Origin: Polyangiaceae bacterium
GTDB lineage: Bacteria; Myxococcota_A; Polyangia; Polyangiales; Polyangiaceae
Direction: 5' to 3'
Length of the DNA: 64,000 bases
NCBI GenBank assembly: GCA_965222375.1
Contig: CBDCTZ010000009.1
Coordinates: 64,001-128,000, forward strand
Shown piece by piece: positions 16,925 through 25,441 of this stretch. Every line of letters begins with the position of its first letter. The stretch's first letter is position 1. Below the pieces are notes generated by a model. The model did not search any database and had not been told where the DNA came from. It worked only from the letters and a program-made list of their open reading frames with translations. A program made the position numbers and the translations under genes.

Positions 16925-17833
16925 TTACTCGCTGACTCGGTAGTCTTGCGGGAAGTAGAAGTTGTAGCTGATAGTCAGCATCTGGTTGAACCGAAACTGC
17001 TGGTCCTCTGCGGTGATCTTGTTGTCGGGGAACTCGGCGTCTTTGCCGCCGCCCTTGGTATCGAAGCCACCGGTGTTCCATGCGAAGGGTAGGCCGCGCC
17101 ACTCGAAGCCGATGGCGTTCCACTTGTTCACGTAGAAGGTGAAGCCGAGGCCAAAGGTGGGGGCGATGGCCACGCGGCTTTCCTTCTTGAAGGAGTCCGG
17201 CGTGTCGCAGTCCGTGCCCTTGGCGGGATCGCACTCTTTGCGCTCACTGACGCCGATGAAGGCGGGGCCAGCGAAGAAGTACAAATCCGTGTCGACGTAG
17301 ATGCTTTGGAACAGGGCCAGCTTGCCGCGGAAGGGGACCGCGGTGATCTGCGGGGAGACCATCCAGTCCATGCCGCCGATCTGCTCTTTGAAGTCGGGCC
17401 CCTGGTTGACGGCGGTCAGCTTGCAGTCCGTGGAGGTGCCCACGACGTTGCCGTTGCCGTCGCGGCAGCCGCGACCCTCGTTTACCTTCTGGATTTCGTC
17501 CGACAGGCCTGTGGGGATCTTGATGGCGCCAAAAGCGCCGAAGGCTCCCAGGCCCAGCCAGTCCGTGATGTTGTAGTTGAGGCGTGCGCCGAACAGGATC
17601 GTGCGCTGGTACTCGTCCAGCAGCGTGAAGCTGACTGCGGGGGCTACCTCGATGCGGCCTTCACGATACAGGCGCAGTTTCCGCACCGCGGGCGCGCCCG
17701 CGAGGGGACCCGTCAGCAGGATTTCCTGCGCCTCCGCGTTTCGCTCCGTCGCAACCAAGCAAAATGCGCCCGCCGTCAGCGCTAGAGCCAGGCGTCGGGT
17801 GCCTCGAGTCTTCGTCATGGTGGTCGTTCCCAT
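16925..17833 (-). CDS. Outer-membrane beta-barrel protein, myxobacterial GltA/GltB-like
   Basis: Signal peptide. AVRKLRLYREGRIEVAPAVSFTLLDEY and PFRGKLALF motifs. Aromatic C-terminal strand ISYNFYFP. Start uncertain (17863, 17860, 17833 or 17818). Confidence 0.75.
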   Translation of the reverse strand: MGTTTMTKTRGTRRLALALTAGAFCLVATERNAEAQEILLTGPLAGAPAVRKLRLYREGRIEVAPAVSFTLLDEYQRTILFGARLNYNITDWLGLGAFGAFGAIKIPTGLSDEIQKVNEGRGCRDGNGNVVGTSTDCKLTAVNQGPDFKEQIGGMDWMVSPQITAVPFRGKLALFQSIYVDTDLYFFAGPAFIGVSERKECDPAKGTDCDTPDSFKKESRVAIAPTFGLGFTFYVNKWNAIGFEWRGLPFAWNTGGFDTKGGGKDAEFPDNKITAEDQQFRFNQMLTISYNFYFPQDYRVSE

Positions 17834-17859
17834 TGCTCCCTGACCTATCTGCTGTCCCA

Positions 17860-18858
17860 TCACTTCGGCAACCTGTACTCGAAGGAGAACGGTAGGAAGA
17901 TTGAGATACCGACCTGCGCTTGGACGTGGTTGGTGATCTTGCTGTCACCGAACCAAGTTCCTTCGTCCAGCTGCTCCACAAGGGTCCCCGCGATCTCGGT
18001 GCTCTCGAGCTTCTCGTTGTAGATGTAGTCGCGAACTTCGAGCATTGCCGCGAACCAGCGGTTGAAGAAGATGCGCAGACCGAGGCCCGCGTTGAACGCT
18101 AGCTTCGGCTCGAACTCGAAGTTCCGGTTGTCGGGGTCGATGACGGGAATCGGACGAGTGCTGATGGCACCGACGCCGCCCACCACGTAGGCGTCGTAGT
18201 GGAAGATGAAGTCTTGGAAACCCGCGAACTTTCCGTATGCGGGTACGTACGTGAAGTTGAGGGCAGCGCTCCAGTCGTACTCCGTCAGCGGCACGCCCAC
18301 GCGAGCCGCGCGACGAACCTGCGCGTTGAAGTCGCTGTCGACGTTGAACGGGCGGTAGTAGTTGAAGTTGGCGCCAATCGCGAGGACGTTGGTGATGTAG
18401 TAGTTCAGCGCCAGACCAGGCCCGGGGTGGCTCACGAACTGGTCATTCAAGGTGAACGACCAATACGGATTGACCTCGAAGCGCCGGACGCGCAGCGCGA
18501 ACTGCTGCTGGACCGCGTAGATCTGCTCGTTGAGCGGCTTCGCGGCCTCCTTATCCATGTCCAGCTTGGGGCAGGCGGCGGGGTCGATCTCGCAGATGTC
18601 ACCTAAACCCTCTCCGCCAGGCAGATCGCCGGGGAGTTCTTCCCCTGGCAACTCGCCCTCGGGGATATCCCCTTCGCCTTCGCCGGCTTCTCCGCCAGCT
18701 TCCCCACCGGCTTCACCGGCTTCGCCGGCTTCGCCTGCCTCGCCGCCAGCTTCTGCTGCGGCTTCGTCTTCTCCTGCGGGTGCTCCCTGGGCCCAGGCGG
18801 ATGCCGGGACCGCGCTGAGCGCCGCCGCAACGAAGAGCGCAATGCGCGTGTTCTTCAT
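17860..18858 (-). CDS. Outer-membrane beta-barrel protein, myxobacterial GltB/GltA-like, with an acidic Gly/Glu N-terminal linker
   Basis: Signal MKNTRIALF...AWA. IYAVQQQFALRVRRFEVNPYWSFTLNDQF, PAYGKFAGF and C-terminal VGISIFLP. Paralogous to the downstream gene. Confidence 0.8.
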   Translation of the reverse strand: MKNTRIALFVAAALSAVPASAWAQGAPAGEDEAAAEAGGEAGEAGEAGEAGGEAGGEAGEGEGDIPEGELPGEELPGDLPGGEGLGDICEIDPAACPKLDMDKEAAKPLNEQIYAVQQQFALRVRRFEVNPYWSFTLNDQFVSHPGPGLALNYYITNVLAIGANFNYYRPFNVDSDFNAQVRRAARVGVPLTEYDWSAALNFTYVPAYGKFAGFQDFIFHYDAYVVGGVGAISTRPIPVIDPDNRNFEFEPKLAFNAGLGLRIFFNRWFAAMLEVRDYIYNEKLESTEIAGTLVEQLDEGTWFGDSKITNHVQAQVGISIFLPFSFEYRLPK

Positions 18859-18967
18859 CGATGCCTCGTGACCGTTTCCTCTACAACGACTGCTCAACGA
18901 ACCGCTACGACAGCCCCGCAACTACTTAGAATTATTAGCTAAATCCGCAATAGGCAAACGCGGCGTG

Positions 18968-19010
18968 ACTATATCACGCGGGGTTTTTCGCAATCAACCA
19001 CGAAAAACCC
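18968..19010 (-). promoter_or_regulatory. Putative sigma70-type promoter for the beta-barrel pair, overlapped by a 10-bp inverted repeat
   Basis: Minus strand TTGATT (18997-18992), N18, TATAGT (18973-18968), with an extended-10 TG. GGGTTTTTCG-N10-CGAAAAACCC at 18981-19010. Confidence 0.5.
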
Positions 19011-19061
19011 TTTCGCGGCTGAGCGAGCCCCTCAGGTCGCGCTTCTGAAGGCCGAAACCCC

Positions 19062-20291
19062 TCATGCAGCGTCAACTTCGGCCTCTTTTCCGAGCAAAGC
19101 CTCAACGAAGGCGTCCGGTGAGAAATCATGAAGATCGTCAGGTCGCTCGCCCAATCCGATGAAACGGACCGGCAGCTTCAGGGTGTCGCAGATCCCGAGG
19201 ACTACGCCGCCCTTGGCCGTCCCGTCCAATTTGGTGAGCACCAAACCCGTCATGGTCAGGGTTTCTGCGAACTCCTTGGCCTGAGCCAGGGCGTTTTGGC
19301 CGGTTGTGGCGTCGATCACGAGCAATATCTCGTGAGGGGCCCCATCCAAGGCCTTGCCGGCTGTTTTTGCGATCTTCGTCATCTCCGACATCAGGTTGGT
19401 CTTGGTGTGAAGACGACCCGCGGTGTCGGCCAGCACGACGTCGGCGCCGACTTCTTCGGCTTTCTTGATGGCATCGAAAACGACGCTGCCGGGATCCGCG
19501 CCGTCCTTACCTTTGACGACTTCGCAGCCGACTCGCTGACCCCACACGATGAGCTGTTGCACCGCGGCCGCTCGGAAGGTGTCGCCGGCCGCAAGCACAC
19601 AGCTGCGGCCTTCGCCAACGAGCTTGGTCGCAAGCTTGCCGATGGTGGTCGTCTTGCCCGCACCGTTCACGCCCACCATCAAGACGACAGTTGGTTTGCC
19701 GCGAAGTGGGAAGGCACCTGCTTGGCCATCAACATTGAGCATGTCGCTGGCTTCGGCACGCAGGGCGTCCCACACCTTCGCGGTGTCCGACAGCTCGCCC
19801 TTGGCGAGCCGCTCTTTGAGCCGCTCCAGGATTGCCTCGGTAGTCTGCACGCCAACGTCGGACGCGAGCAGCACTTCTTCGATATCTTCGGCGATGCTCG
19901 CGTCGATCTCTCGGGTGCCGGTCAGCAGCGCCTTGAGCTTGCCGAATAGTCCCTCTTCCCCGCGCGCCTTGGCTAGACCTTTGCGCAGGCTGCCGAGGTC
20001 CGCCGTGGAAGTGAGCGACGGCCGCGCCGGCGCCTCGGCTTCTTCCACTGCAACGTCGACGTCTTCCTCTTCTTCTTTTTCGGCTACTTCGACTTCGGTG
20101 GGAGTTGCCGCTGGCTCCGGCTTGGCCGGCACTGCCCCCTTCTTCTCGGCGGCCGGCGGGGCCTCCTTCTTGGCGGGCAGCTTGTCTTGGCGGGCAGGCG
20201 GTAGCGCTTCGGGTTCACTTTTGCGCAGGAATAGGAAGTAGACGGCCGCCAGAACGGCGACTCCCACGACCACGTAAATCAGAATATCCAT
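19062..20291 (-). CDS. ftsY: Signal recognition particle receptor FtsY, with an N-terminal TM anchor
   Basis: Motifs DVGV, GVNGAGKTTTIGKLA, DTFRAAA, DTAGRLH, TKLDGTAKGG and GLGE. Confidence 0.98.
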   Translation of the reverse strand: MDILIYVVVGVAVLAAVYFLFLRKSEPEALPPARQDKLPAKKEAPPAAEKKGAVPAKPEPAATPTEVEVAEKEEEEDVDVAVEEAEAPARPSLTSTADLGSLRKGLAKARGEEGLFGKLKALLTGTREIDASIAEDIEEVLLASDVGVQTTEAILERLKERLAKGELSDTAKVWDALRAEASDMLNVDGQAGAFPLRGKPTVVLMVGVNGAGKTTTIGKLATKLVGEGRSCVLAAGDTFRAAAVQQLIVWGQRVGCEVVKGKDGADPGSVVFDAIKKAEEVGADVVLADTAGRLHTKTNLMSEMTKIAKTAGKALDGAPHEILLVIDATTGQNALAQAKEFAETLTMTGLVLTKLDGTAKGGVVLGICDTLKLPVRFIGLGERPDDLHDFSPDAFVEALLGKEAEVDAA

Positions 20292-20347
20292 GTAATTGTC
20301 TTCCGGCTCGCGACGCGGGGCGGACTATACCGAACTTGGCCGCCGCC

Positions 20348-22081
20348 TCAACGCTCCCGACCGCCGGCAGATGCTCCCGGCTCTGCCTCGCGGATCCGCG
20401 CTTCTTCGGCGGCATCCGGTGGAGTAGGACCAAAGGCCGCCCGCTCGACGTTTTGCGCCCAGTTGCGGGTGGCGCCGTCCCTTCGCTCCCGCGCCATCTG
20501 TGCGACCTGCGCCGGAGTCGGATCCTCTTTGGGCTTCCAGGGAGGGCCCCGGCGCTCAGCCCAGGCCACCAGCCGCGCGAGCACCGCTCGGCGCCTCGAG
20601 ATCATCCGGATCACGACCCTCCCAGGGGCAGGCACCGGACGCCGCAGGGTCGTGTGATGAATGGCGTGAGCTTCTAGCTCAGCGCCTTCACCGACGGGGC
20701 AATCTGGCAACACGAACGCGCCTTCCGCGTTGCACTGCGTCTCGGTGCTCTCCGACTTCGCTTCGAAGCTCGGTAGGCGGATGCGCACCCATGCGTTCGC
20801 GATCGGCGTGCCTTCGTGGGCGTCGACGACCACGCCGTTCCAACCGGATCGGGGTTTGCCGGCGGCGACGACTTCTACGGATTCACGACCCGTTGCCAGA
20901 GGTTCGGACGTCTTCGCACGCTTCGCGCGCAGCGGGCGCCGCCAGCCCCGCAGGACCCAAGCGCCAATCGCCACCGCCACCAGCAGCCAAGGCAGGCTCC
21001 GCCAGGGGCTGGGTGGTCGCACCACAATGGGGACGCTGATGGGCTCTGCTGCGAGCCACCACGGTGCGCTCGGCAAGTAGCGGACCGAGAGCAGCAGTGT
21101 GCCTTCGTTGGCGAGGATGGGTCCACGCCAAACCGCGGCTCCACTTTGCACTGTCGCCGTGCCCAAGGAACGACCACCACTGAGCACTTCGATGGCGCCC
21201 GTTTCCACAGCGCCGAGCGCAGAGCTCGCGGCAACCCGGATCACGGCATCTTCTCCGGAGCGAACTGGCGCCACGTCCTGAGCCAAGGTCACGGTCACCC
21301 GAGCCGTCTTGTGCACGTGGGTCGTCGATTCCGCGCTGGAGAGCCCGCGGTTGCCCGCGAAGCGAATCCGCAGCTTGGCCGGCCCAGGCTCTCCGAGCTT
21401 TTTCGCCAAGGGGTTGAAGGAGCCGCGATCTCCCGGCGCTAGATTGATCTCCGCGAGGGGTGTGACGATGGGTCCCTGCAGCAACTCCAGGCTGACCGCG
21501 ATCGGGTCGGCAGCATCCCCGCGCTCAAAGGGTGGGTCGACCCGGGTCTCCACGTGGATCACGTGCTCCTTGCGATCCAGGGACAGCACCCGGGGTTCAG
21601 GCGCGAAAGACAGACCAAGGCTGCGCCGGGTCTGGCCGACCTGCACGCGGCGCTCGAGGCGGTCGAAGAACTTGTCGCCTTCGAATCGGACTCGGAAGGC
21701 CCCCGTGAGCGCGGTGTTCGGAAACAGGAAGCAGAACGCACCGGCGCCGTCCGTGTCCACGACCACGACGTTGCTGGTGTGGTGTAGTTGATTGCCCGTG
21801 GTCGAGCGGCAGGCCCTGGGCGGGGGCAGCTGGGTGCCGGCGGCGGCGTCGAGAGATACGCGGATCTGCGCCGCGCCAATCGGTCGCCCCGTGTCGTCAC
21901 TCAGTACGCCGCGAAGCTCGGTGCCCGCATTGCGCTGCACCGCGCGCGCATCGAGCTCCGCGCTGCCTCGAACGCGAAGCTTGGCGGCGTCCGCACTCCG
22001 AGCCCATAGCAGCGACAAAGCCGCGAACATCGCACCAGCGCGCAGAAAAGCGCAGAATGTGGGATACGAATTCGCGAGCAC
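20348..22081 (-). CDS. Exported/membrane protein with Ig-like and carboxypeptidase-regulatory-like beta domains
   Basis: Signal-like N-terminus, GVLSDDTGRPIG and GVVVDAHEGTPIANA motifs, and a TM segment PWLLVAVAIGAWVL. Start uncertain. Confidence 0.6.
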   Translation of the reverse strand: MLANSYPTFCAFLRAGAMFAALSLLWARSADAAKLRVRGSAELDARAVQRNAGTELRGVLSDDTGRPIGAAQIRVSLDAAAGTQLPPPRACRSTTGNQLHHTSNVVVVDTDGAGAFCFLFPNTALTGAFRVRFEGDKFFDRLERRVQVGQTRRSLGLSFAPEPRVLSLDRKEHVIHVETRVDPPFERGDAADPIAVSLELLQGPIVTPLAEINLAPGDRGSFNPLAKKLGEPGPAKLRIRFAGNRGLSSAESTTHVHKTARVTVTLAQDVAPVRSGEDAVIRVAASSALGAVETGAIEVLSGGRSLGTATVQSGAAVWRGPILANEGTLLLSVRYLPSAPWWLAAEPISVPIVVRPPSPWRSLPWLLVAVAIGAWVLRGWRRPLRAKRAKTSEPLATGRESVEVVAAGKPRSGWNGVVVDAHEGTPIANAWVRIRLPSFEAKSESTETQCNAEGAFVLPDCPVGEGAELEAHAIHHTTLRRPVPAPGRVVIRMISRRRAVLARLVAWAERRGPPWKPKEDPTPAQVAQMARERRDGATRNWAQNVERAAFGPTPPDAAEEARIREAEPGASAGGRER

Positions 22082-22265
22082 GACGTCCTCAGGGTACCGA
22101 ATCGTGAAAACCGGGTGTGGCGGGGCGATGGATTGAAGGAGCAGACACGCTCAGCCGTCCATCCCTTATAGTAGTAGTGCGGCCGCGCGCGGGCATGATG
22201 AACCCACGAGATCTTCCGGAAGCCAGGCGACAGGAAAGCGACTTAGGTCGACGCGGAGGACCCTC

Positions 22266-23096
22266 GTGGTGGTAGGGTGGCCGCAAATGCAGCGGGGACG
22301 GGTATGGCGCAGGGCCTTGTCGATCCTGGTCTGCGTGGTGCTTCTGGCGGGCAACGTCTTCGCCAAAGACTCCGTGCGCACCCTGTCCAAGCGTCTCAAG
22401 AACGCCGGAGACTTTCGGGTGCGTACCCAAGCCGCCCTCGCCCTGGGTGCCTCCAAGACCTCGAAGGCGGTCAAGCCATTGTGTCGTGGCCTCAAGGATT
22501 CCAACACCACGGTGCGTGCTGCGTGCGCCGCGGCCTTGGGCCGGTTGAAAAAGGGCGGCAGGTCTTGCCTGCAGAAGCGGCTGAAGGCCGAGCGGTCCAA
22601 GGCGGTCAAGAGCTCGATCAAGAGAGCCATCAAGAAGCTGTCCAAAGGTGCCACGCCAACGCTGACCAAGAGCACCGAGATCTACGTCTCGATTGGCAAG
22701 ACCAAGGACAAGACGGGGCGGAAGAGCGGAGAGGTCGATCGGGCCATCCGCAAGGCCATGAGCAAGGCCGCCAGGTCCTTGAGCGGTTACGCCGTCGCGC
22801 CCAAGTCCGAGACATCGAAGCAGGCCGAGAAGCTCTTATCTAAGTACCCCCGGGTGAAGGCCTACTACCTGTCGCCGAAGGTCCAAAAACCGAAGTACAC
22901 CGGCGGGAACCTCACCGTGCGGTTCGAAGTGGCGATCTTCACCTACCCTGGCAAAGCGCTCAAAGGCACTCTGCCCGTGAAGCTGACCCAGCAAGGCGTT
23001 GGCTCCAAAGACAAGTCCGCGGAGACGGAGTTGATCAAGATGGCAGCGGAGCGAGCAATGCAGAAGTTCTCCAAAAACGTCGGGCGGATCGATTGA
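22266..23096 (+). CDS. Exported Lys-rich HEAT-repeat protein
   Basis: Signal peptide ending NVFA. DFRVRTQAALALG and DSNTTVRAACAAALG repeats. Start uncertain. Confidence 0.75.
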   Translation: MVVGWPQMQRGRVWRRALSILVCVVLLAGNVFAKDSVRTLSKRLKNAGDFRVRTQAALALGASKTSKAVKPLCRGLKDSNTTVRAACAAALGRLKKGGRSCLQKRLKAERSKAVKSSIKRAIKKLSKGATPTLTKSTEIYVSIGKTKDKTGRKSGEVDRAIRKAMSKAARSLSGYAVAPKSETSKQAEKLLSKYPRVKAYYLSPKVQKPKYTGGNLTVRFEVAIFTYPGKALKGTLPVKLTQQGVGSKDKSAETELIKMAAERAMQKFSKNVGRID

Positions 23097-23219
23097 GGGG
23101 CGGCAGCTTCTTGCCGGTGCCGGGTGTGGGGTCGTACCCTTTACGATAGGGTCGGTTTTTGGCCGGGGCCGAACCGGGCAGGGTGCCATCTCAGGCGCTG
23201 AAATCAGGAGAGGAATGTC

Positions 23220-24002
23220 ATGGCAGAAGCAGGAGCAGCACCCGCCGCGAGGACGCCGCACAAGAGGCATCTGAGGAACTACCTGCTCGATGCCCACTTC
23301 CAGCTCAAGTACACGAGCTACCTCGTTCTGATCGCCGTCGTCCTGAGCGCAGCTCTGGGCATCGTCTTGTGGCGCACCAGCCGCGCCGTCATTGCTCAGA
23401 GTCACGAGGCCGTGCACCAAGGGGAGCAGGTCGTGGACCTGGGCCGAGAGGTCGTCGGCGAAAGCCAGAAGGTCAGCGCCGTCGTCCAGATGAACATCGT
23501 CAAAGACCCGGTCTACAGCGATAACCCTGGCCTGCTCGATGCCTTCAAGACCGACGCCGCCAAACAGGACGAGCGTCTCAAGAAACAGCAGAAGCAGCTA
23601 GAGGAACAAGCCGCATCCCTGAAAGCCCAGTCCGCGTCCTTGGCACAGCGCCAACGCACGATGTTTACGAGTCTGCTCGTGGTGCTGAGCCTGCTCGTGA
23701 TTGGGATCGGACTGGCGGGAATCGTCGTCACCCACAAAGTTGCTGGCCCCATTTTCAAGATGAAACGGCAGATGCGTGAGCTAGGCGACGGCAGCTTCAA
23801 GGTCCCCTTCGGTCTGCGCAAAGGCGACGAGCTGGTCGATTTCTTCGAAACCTATGCGGACACCGTGCGCAAACTGCGATCTCGTGAAGAACAGAATCTC
23901 GAGTTGGTTAAAGATGCCATCGCCAAGCTCGATGACGGTGAGGCCGCCACCAAGCTCGGCGAGGTGCGAGATGAGATGGAGCGCGCGCTTCAGAAGAGCT
24001 GA
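23220..24002 (+). CDS. Two-TM coiled-coil protein with a HAMP domain
   Basis: RNYLLDAHFQLKY, two TM helices, THKVAGPIFKMKR...LRKGDEL; GGAGAGG RBS. Confidence 0.75.
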   Translation: MAEAGAAPAARTPHKRHLRNYLLDAHFQLKYTSYLVLIAVVLSAALGIVLWRTSRAVIAQSHEAVHQGEQVVDLGREVVGESQKVSAVVQMNIVKDPVYSDNPGLLDAFKTDAAKQDERLKKQQKQLEEQAASLKAQSASLAQRQRTMFTSLLVVLSLLVIGIGLAGIVVTHKVAGPIFKMKRQMRELGDGSFKVPFGLRKGDELVDFFETYADTVRKLRSREEQNLELVKDAIAKLDDGEAATKLGEVRDEMERALQKS

Positions 24003-24401
24003 TCAGAACGCGGCACGCACGTAGTCGATTTGAGCTCGCCCTTCCTCGTCGAAACGCACTCCCGCCGCGTCGAAGCGCATTCGCACGACGCTTTCGTCGT
24101 GGCGGTAGCGATCTCGCCACAGCCGCCGCGCCGCTTGTCGCAGGCGCCTGCGCTTCTGGGTATCGATGCTGGCCAAGGCCTTCCGCCAGGCCCGTTTCCC
24201 GCGCAGGCGCACCTCGACCACCACCACGGTGTCGCCGTCCCGGGCCACGAGATCGATCTCCAGATGACCCAAGCGCAGGTTGACCGCGACGATGCTCAGC
24301 CCTCGCGCGTGCAAGAACTCCGCTACGGACCGTTCCGCGCGTCGCCCGCGAGCCCAAGGGCTGCTTTCACTCGGACGGTGGGTTGCGGCCGGGATTGCCA
24401 C
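24003..24401 (-). CDS. yraN: YraN (UPF0102) family PD-(D/E)xK-like protein
   Basis: GRRAERSVAEFL, NLRLGHLEIDLVARDGDTVVVVEVR and RMRFDAAGV. Nearest in-frame start is a GTG at 24401 inside the upstream gene. Confidence 0.85.
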   Translation of the reverse strand: MAIPAATHRPSESSPWARGRRAERSVAEFLHARGLSIVAVNLRLGHLEIDLVARDGDTVVVVEVRLRGKRAWRKALASIDTQKRRRLRQAARRLWRDRYRHDESVVRMRFDAAGVRFDEEGRAQIDYVRAAF

Positions 24402-25026
24402 CGCCGCAGTAGTTGTTCTTGTTGTCCGGCGTCGTGCCGAAGACGCACTCGTCACCGATCTTGGTCTTGTCGTAGGTCGTGCCGTCTTTGACACAATAGA
24501 AGCCGGCGAGCTGGGAGCTACCGAGGCCGAGGTCGTCGAGGAGTTTTTCACAGCTAAATCCGCTCGGGCACTCGCAGTAGCGAGCACCGTCGTCCGTGTT
24601 GCCTGCTGCGTTCTTGCAGCGACAGGAGCAGTACACAGACGATTCGGCTCGACGATTGGTGAATTGCGGATTTACTTTCGCGGTGATGCCGTCGGCTTGG
24701 TCCGCGCCGCTGGTGCCGGGGATCCGGCAGGCTGAAGGCTCCGTCGCCGGAATGGATCCATCGGCGATGCCGGCAGCGGTCGCCTCAATCTGACCGTAAG
24801 GACAGCTGACCCGGCCCTGGAAGTGGTTCACTAGGCAAACGCGAGTCTCGCATTGGAACGACTTGCTCTCGACGTTCACCTCGTCCGCGGAGTACCCGGG
24901 GAAATTCGTCTGGTACTCGTCTTCGGGGATGCAGGGGTCGCCCACACCGCCAGTTTCACAACCAAGCGCTAGCGCCCCCGCGGCGATAGCGAGAAAATAC
25001 CAGGGGCTCGAAAACCGAGGCGTCAT
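24367..25026 (-). CDS. gltK: Cys-rich lipoprotein, probable GltK/CglC-like gliding lipoprotein
   Basis: Lipobox LALGC. GDPCIP...ESKSFQCETRVCL...YCSCRC pattern. Divergent from the gltC-like gene; assignment rests partly on context. Confidence 0.55.
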   Translation of the reverse strand: MTPRFSSPWYFLAIAAGALALGCETGGVGDPCIPEDEYQTNFPGYSADEVNVESKSFQCETRVCLVNHFQGRVSCPYGQIEATAAGIADGSIPATEPSACRIPGTSGADQADGITAKVNPQFTNRRAESSVYCSCRCKNAAGNTDDGARYCECPSGFSCEKLLDDLGLGSSQLAGFYCVKDGTTYDKTKIGDECVFGTTPDNKNNYCGGGNPGRNPPSE

Positions 25027-25284
25027 TCTTGGGCTTTCCGACTCGAGGTTGAGATCAGTTACGCTCACAGCGGACCTCTGCCAGCTGCAGCGCAACCGAA
25101 CCGTAGTCGAGCGCGCCAAGAGGCGTCAACGCCAATCCGACCCACGGATTTGGGCGGTTACGGGTCTCATCAGAGCCGGGCATCTTGGGCGGCCCGGTTC
25201 AAGCCGCACTAGATTTGCGTGGAGGCGAAATCTGGATGATCGACCGAACGGACGGGTACGCGAACGAAAGCCAGGGGGTGGCGC

Positions 25285-25314
25285 TTGACATTGATCGGCG
25301 GCGGTATCTAACAT
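25285..25314 (+). promoter_or_regulatory. Putative sigma70 promoter for the gltC-D-E operon
   Basis: TTGACA (25285-25290), N18, TAACAT (25309-25314). Confidence 0.55.
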
Positions 25315-25441
25315 CGCGCCGACCGCGCTGGTATCTATCGATTCTCATTGGTATTTTTCCGCCCGTAGGGGGCGGTATGGGGAGAAGCGGAGCTGCTGCC
25401 GCGTCAACCCCCAGCGCCTGAACGTATTTAGAGAGGTTTGC

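Noticed and set aside
16283..17092. 269-aa ORF with RE/RP dipeptide runs and other ORFs across the hexamer tracts
   Set aside because: Open frames arise from stop-free repeats and overlap better-supported genes.
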